DNA of 64,000 nucleotides from Candidatus Bathyarchaeota archaeon. Lineage in GTDB: Archaea > Thermoproteota > Bathyarchaeia > Bathyarchaeales > Bathycorpusculaceae. A program made the translations under genes and the position numbers. The notes beneath the pieces were generated by a model, which made no database searches, was not told the origin of the DNA, and was given only the letters and a program-made list of their open reading frames with translations. The number at the start of each line of letters is the position of its first letter. The stretch's first letter is position 1. Shown here piece by piece: positions 59,915 to 64,000 of this stretch. The stretch covers positions 64,001-128,000 of the forward strand of contig CAWAKC010000011.1 in assembly GCA_963782525.1 (NCBI GenBank), written 5' to 3'.

Positions 59915-60598
59915 TTGACAGTTTACTTATCAAGCATCGTTGGGAGCGCAAGCATAGGCGTGTATTCGCTTGCAACAGAGAACATAGTGTTGATTCCTCG
60001 AATGGTGCCACAGCAGAAAGCGCAGGAAATCGCGGACTGGCTAAAAGTGAAGCTTGCATACACATCCATTAGCGGTTCAGTCCTCGCAGGTTCACTGGTA
60101 TGCGCAAACTCTACAGGCATGCTGGTTTCCAACGGCATCCGCGAAGAAGAGTTAGCAGCGTTAAAATCGGTTTATGAAGGAAACATCACAGTCATGGATT
60201 CCAAAAAAACCGCGTATGGAAACTTGATTTTAACAAGCGACAAAGGTGCAGTAGTTGATCCACGCTTCAAAGAGGCTGAAATCAAAAAAATCTCCAAAGC
60301 CTTAGGTTTGGAAGCGGTGCCCACAGAAATCGCAGGGTTACCCTACGTTGGCTCATTGGCTGTAGCTACAAACAAAGGCCTTTTAGCTCACCCTTTGCTG
60401 AAGGATGACGAGAGAAAAACCTTAGAATCTGTCCTCAAAGTGCCTGTTGACGTCGGCACCATAAACTGTGGGGTCCCCTATGTTGGTACTGGCTTAATCG
60501 CTAATAGTCATGCTGCAGTAGCTGGTTCTATGACAACTGGACCCGAGATGTTTATAATTGGGAACGCACTGGATGTTGTGCAGGAAGAAGAAAAATGA
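59915..60598 (+). CDS. eif6: translation initiation factor 6 (aIF6)
   Basis: IGVY, GNLIL, VGS...TNKGLLAHP, GTINCG, TTGPE. Confidence 0.95.
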   Translation: MTVYLSSIVGSASIGVYSLATENIVLIPRMVPQQKAQEIADWLKVKLAYTSISGSVLAGSLVCANSTGMLVSNGIREEELAALKSVYEGNITVMDSKKTAYGNLILTSDKGAVVDPRFKEAEIKKISKALGLEAVPTEIAGLPYVGSLAVATNKGLLAHPLLKDDERKTLESVLKVPVDVGTINCGVPYVGTGLIANSHAAVAGSMTTGPEMFIIGNALDVVQEEEK

Positions 60599-60822
60599 AA
60601 GCTTACAAAGTAACAGGCGAAATCAACAAGCCCCGACTATCTACTCCATTCGTTAGAGAACTCTTAGCAGACAAAAGCGAACATGCAGTTGAGAGAGTTT
60701 ACGCTGAAATAGGCAGCCGCCACCGCGTAAAACGTTACCACATCAAAATCACAAGCTCACAGGAAATAACGGTAGATCAGGTCCAAAACCCCATCTTGAA
60801 GAAAATAATGGGCGGGGCATAG
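60595..60822 (+). CDS. rpl18a: 50S ribosomal protein L18Ae (LX)
   Basis: HAVERVYAEIGSRHRVKR..I.I. Confidence 0.92.
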   Translation: MKAYKVTGEINKPRLSTPFVRELLADKSEHAVERVYAEIGSRHRVKRYHIKITSSQEITVDQVQNPILKKIMGGA

Positions 60823-60826
60823 TCGC

Positions 60827-61267
60827 TTGGCACATAGAGCAGACAAAGCTGAAGAAGAACTTCGTCGTCTCAGCATGGAAATGCGTTACTTAGAACAAAC
60901 TGCGGATGCCCTTCAGCAACGCATAAGCATGGTAAACGCAGCTCTAACTGACATAAACTATGCTAATATGACGCTTGACGGCATCGAGAACGAGAAAGAA
61001 AGCTCTGAAATGCTAGTTCCAATCGGCGGAAGCTCTTACATTAAAGTTAAGCTTGCAGATACAAACAAAGTAATCATAGGTGTCGGCGCAGGCGTATCAG
61101 TGGAAAAAAACCTTTCCGAAGCAAAAGCGGCTCTCAAAGAACGCTTAGATGAACTGGAAAAAACTATGCATGCAGCTCAACAACAACTAAGTCAAGTGGC
61201 TGACCGCATCAACTCTGGAAGAAGCAGACTCGAAACTCTGCTTGCGACAAGAGAAGGGAAACAATAG
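60827..61267 (+). CDS. pfdA: prefoldin alpha subunit
   Basis: Coiled coils flanking LVPIGGSSY..VIIGVGAGVSVEK. Confidence 0.93.
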   Translation: MAHRADKAEEELRRLSMEMRYLEQTADALQQRISMVNAALTDINYANMTLDGIENEKESSEMLVPIGGSSYIKVKLADTNKVIIGVGAGVSVEKNLSEAKAALKERLDELEKTMHAAQQQLSQVADRINSGRSRLETLLATREGKQ

Positions 61268-61271
61268 CTCG

Positions 61272-62177
61272 ATGTTTGAGAAGCTCAAGTCGGGGTTTAA
61301 AGGGTTAGTAACCAAGGTAACCACAACTGAGCTTAAAACAGAAAATCTATCTCCTATTTTATCTGATTTTAAAATGAGTCTAGCCGAAAACGATGTTGCT
61401 TTTCCAGTTGCTGACAAAATCTGCGATGAACTTGAAAAGCGTTTGTCGGGTATTTCGGTTAAACGTTTAGATGACCGTAAAAAAATCGTTGAAGACAACC
61501 TGCGGCAAGTCCTCTTGGAAGTTATGTTGACCAACAAACGAATTGACCTGTTGCAACTGGCAGAAGAGAAACGCAAAAAGAAAGAACCTTTCACTTTAAT
61601 GTTTGTAGGTATAAACGGCACTGGAAAAACCACCACCATAGCCAAAGTGGCCCATTTTCTACGCGACAAAAGTTATTCAGTGATTCTTGCTGCCGCTGAC
61701 ACTTACCGTGCGGGATCCATTGAGCAGTTAGAAGAACATGGCAAACGCTTGGGCATGCGTGTAGTGAAAAGTATCTATGGCGGTGACCCGGCAGCAGTCG
61801 CATACGATGCGGTTAGCCACGCAAAAGCTCATGGCATCAACATAGTTTTGATTGATACTGCGGGAAGAATGCAAACTAACCAGAACTTGATGAATGAACT
61901 TATAAAAGTTAAACGCGTTGTAAAGCCCGACTTGACAGTTTTTGTTGTGGATTCACTTATTGGTAATGACGCGGTTATGCAGGCAGAAGAATTCAATAAA
62001 GCCGTTGGCATCGACGCAACTATCCTCACCAAAGTGGACGCCGACGTGAAAGGCGGCTCAGCATTAAGCGTAACCTATGTAACTCAAAAGCCCATTTTGT
62101 TCATCGGAGTTGGGCAAACCTACAAGGACTTGGAACTGTTTAACCCAGAAAAATTCGTCAACATGGTACTAAGATAA
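61272..62177 (+). CDS. ftsY: SRP receptor FtsY
   Basis: GINGTGKTTT, DTYRAG, DTAGR, TKVD, GVGQ. Confidence 0.96.
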   Translation: MFEKLKSGFKGLVTKVTTTELKTENLSPILSDFKMSLAENDVAFPVADKICDELEKRLSGISVKRLDDRKKIVEDNLRQVLLEVMLTNKRIDLLQLAEEKRKKKEPFTLMFVGINGTGKTTTIAKVAHFLRDKSYSVILAAADTYRAGSIEQLEEHGKRLGMRVVKSIYGGDPAAVAYDAVSHAKAHGINIVLIDTAGRMQTNQNLMNELIKVKRVVKPDLTVFVVDSLIGNDAVMQAEEFNKAVGIDATILTKVDADVKGGSALSVTYVTQKPILFIGVGQTYKDLELFNPEKFVNMVLR

Positions 62178-62211
62178 CCCTCTCTTTTCTTCTCGTTTAG
62201 AGGCTGAAACG

Positions 62212-62721
62212 TTGATAATAAGACAGGAAAAACCTGAAGATTTTCAAAGCATATTCTTTTTAGTTAAAACTGCTTTTCAAACCGCCAAAGTATCTAATAG
62301 AGCCGAACAAGATTACGTGAAAAAACTTCGTGCCAGCAGTAACTATATTCCTGAACTTGCGTTAGTAACAGAACAAAACGCAAAGCTTGTCGCTCACATT
62401 ATGCTTACTAAAACTTTTGTGGCAACGGGCGGCTCTAAATTTGAAGCTCTTTTGTTGGGGCCTCTTTGCGTGGCATTAGAGTACCGTAAAAATGGAATTG
62501 GCTCAAAACTAGTTGCGAAAAGTTTTGAATATGCAAAAAACTTGGGGTATACGACTGTTTTTGTGGTTGGTGACCCAGCGTTTTATGGTAGATTTGGTTT
62601 TAAATCCTCGGCGCTTTTTGGTATTAAGCATATTCCTTTGATTCCTGAGCAATACGTTATGGTTTACGAGTTATCCCCTGATGCATTGACAGGCATTGCT
62701 GGAACCGTAACTTTCACGTAA
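62212..62721 (+). CDS. GNAT acetyltransferase (YhbS-like)
   Basis: IRQE, LGPLCV..YRKNGIGSKL, VVGDPAFYGRFGF. Confidence 0.9.
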   Translation: MIIRQEKPEDFQSIFFLVKTAFQTAKVSNRAEQDYVKKLRASSNYIPELALVTEQNAKLVAHIMLTKTFVATGGSKFEALLLGPLCVALEYRKNGIGSKLVAKSFEYAKNLGYTTVFVVGDPAFYGRFGFKSSALFGIKHIPLIPEQYVMVYELSPDALTGIAGTVTFT

Positions 62722-62739
62722 ACAAACAATTGCTAAATA

Positions 62740-63099
62740 CTATGGTTCTTCGATGGTTTCGAGTTCAAAGTGGATTTTGCTTGGATAAACCCAATAAGCC
62801 TTGATGAAGTCCTCCATAGCTTGGTCAACATCTAGGGCATCAAAAAAATTGAAGAATTCCTTATCGATTCCCTCAAGGTTTTTTGAAGTGTAGACTTTTA
62901 GCTGCGCCAAATATTCCTTTTCTTGTAACAAATCTTCAATGGTTATGTTTTCTGGGATGTCGATGGAGAAAGTTAAGTTTGTTAGAACATCTAAGGCAGC
63001 CGCTTTGTGTATGTTTTCGTTCTTTGTTTTTATTACAATTAGACGTTGGTCTGTTTTGCGGTAGTTCCAATCGGTTTCCTGATTAAATGATGCTGACAA
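62740..63099 (-). CDS. hypothetical protein
   Basis: 119-aa ORF with TTG start and G-rich SD-like upstream sequence. Confidence 0.65.
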   Translation of the reverse strand: MSASFNQETDWNYRKTDQRLIVIKTKNENIHKAAALDVLTNLTFSIDIPENITIEDLLQEKEYLAQLKVYTSKNLEGIDKEFFNFFDALDVDQAMEDFIKAYWVYPSKIHFELETIEEP

Positions 63100-63141
63100 T
63101 AGTGTCCCCCAAAAAAATAAGAGTTAAGCGCCTATTTTACG

Positions 63142-63435
63142 TTACTTCTTTAGTTCAACGACCAAAAGCTGAATCGTGGACTGGCCAATGTTTTGTGCTT
63201 CATGTGACTGGGCATTGAGGAAAATTGCGTCGCCATTTTTTAAGTCTAAAACATCGGTTTTACCCTGTGATGTTAGCTTCATTTTGCCGCCCTCAATCAC
63301 GTACACAATATGGTCAGGGTGATGATGCATCACGGCTTTGTCCCCAATCCTGAATGTAACATCAAATAATCTTACGCGGTCATTTTCCATTTTAAACTTG
63401 TAAACGTTGCTCGCAACGTCTAAAGGGTCAAGCAT
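63142..63435 (-). CDS. cupin-domain protein
   Basis: ENDRVR, MHHHPD, HEAQN, VELK. Confidence 0.85.
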   Translation of the reverse strand: MLDPLDVASNVYKFKMENDRVRLFDVTFRIGDKAVMHHHPDHIVYVIEGGKMKLTSQGKTDVLDLKNGDAIFLNAQSHEAQNIGQSTIQLLVVELKK

Positions 63436-63690
63436 GTTTTCGGTAATCAAAATCAGTTCACCAAACATACTCAGATTTTAAGGCAATTAAGTCTGTGTGG
63501 TAACGTATAGACAATCACAAGGCATTTTGCCACCTTGTTGGTTATTGAAAACGCCAAACCAACCTCCATTCATAGGTTCCTAAATGGAACCACTGTTATG
63601 ATCCAAATCGGTTTGCTTAAAATAATTGCAAATTTGGAAGAAACCTTTTATCGCCTCTATCGCTCCCTTGCTGTAAGGAGCACTGAATTT

Positions 63691-64000
63691 TTGCAGCAAC
63701 CAAGCACACAACCAGCTTCTAAACCTCGCAGAGCGACCTTAGGCATCGTATTTTCCATCGTAGGAGCGGTACTGATCTTAATGCGGGGACTCATTAGAAT
63801 TGTAACTAGCGACGTTATCACTTTCGTTGGTTCAGACGAAGTACGCCATAGGTTCCTCGCTGGGATAGCGCTAAATATAATTGGCGGTGTCGCAGTGGTT
63901 TTTGCGATTCTAATCTTAGTTGGTGTCTACTTGATTTACAATAAGATGGAAGCTACTGGTGCAGTATTAGTTCTAATCTTCTCTGTGCTAAGCATCCTTG
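63691..64000 (+). CDS. membrane protein, runs off the window end
   Basis: AAGGAG upstream of TTG; open frame with several hydrophobic segments. Confidence 0.65.
   Translation, partial: MQQPSTQPASKPRRATLGIVFSIVGAVLILMRGLIRIVTSDVITFVGSDEVRHRFLAGIALNIIGGVAVVFAILILVGVYLIYNKMEATGAVLVLIFSVLSIL

Overview
Archaeal chromosomal window. Gene content and protein style (eL31/eL39/eS19/aIF6/PfdA/FtsY operon, many Pro/Thr-linker surface proteins, frequent TTG starts) suggest Bathyarchaeia; this is an inference. Main blocks: (1) 0-23 kb: surface/secreted proteins, DEAD-box helicase, aquaporin, and an aminotransferase-serA-DUF1015 operon. (2) 23-41 kb: a metabolic neighbourhood with a complete HoxEFUYH [NiFe]-hydrogenase, an acyl-CoA synthetase/GNAT (Pat-like) fusion, an ACT protein, a Liv-type ABC importer, PaaK, IorAB and PaaI; IorA carries an unusual internal 16-Cys ferredoxin insertion. 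(3) 41.3-48.5 kb: tRNA-Cys followed by an accessory array in which single small genes are each followed by a conserved motif fused to a degenerate tRNA-Cys 3' end, together with tyrosine-integrase remnants, two near-identical ~116-bp tRNA-Cys-like repeats and an IS1182 element with TIRs and a 4-bp TSD. This tRNA-anchored, integron-like cassette array is the best candidate for an undescribed system. (4) 51-53 kb: an orphan pair of contractile-injection-system tube genes. (5) 58-62 kb: ribosomal protein/aIF6/prefoldin/FtsY operon. Several single-base frameshifts may be assembly errors. All product calls come from motif recognition by eye; no database searches were run.
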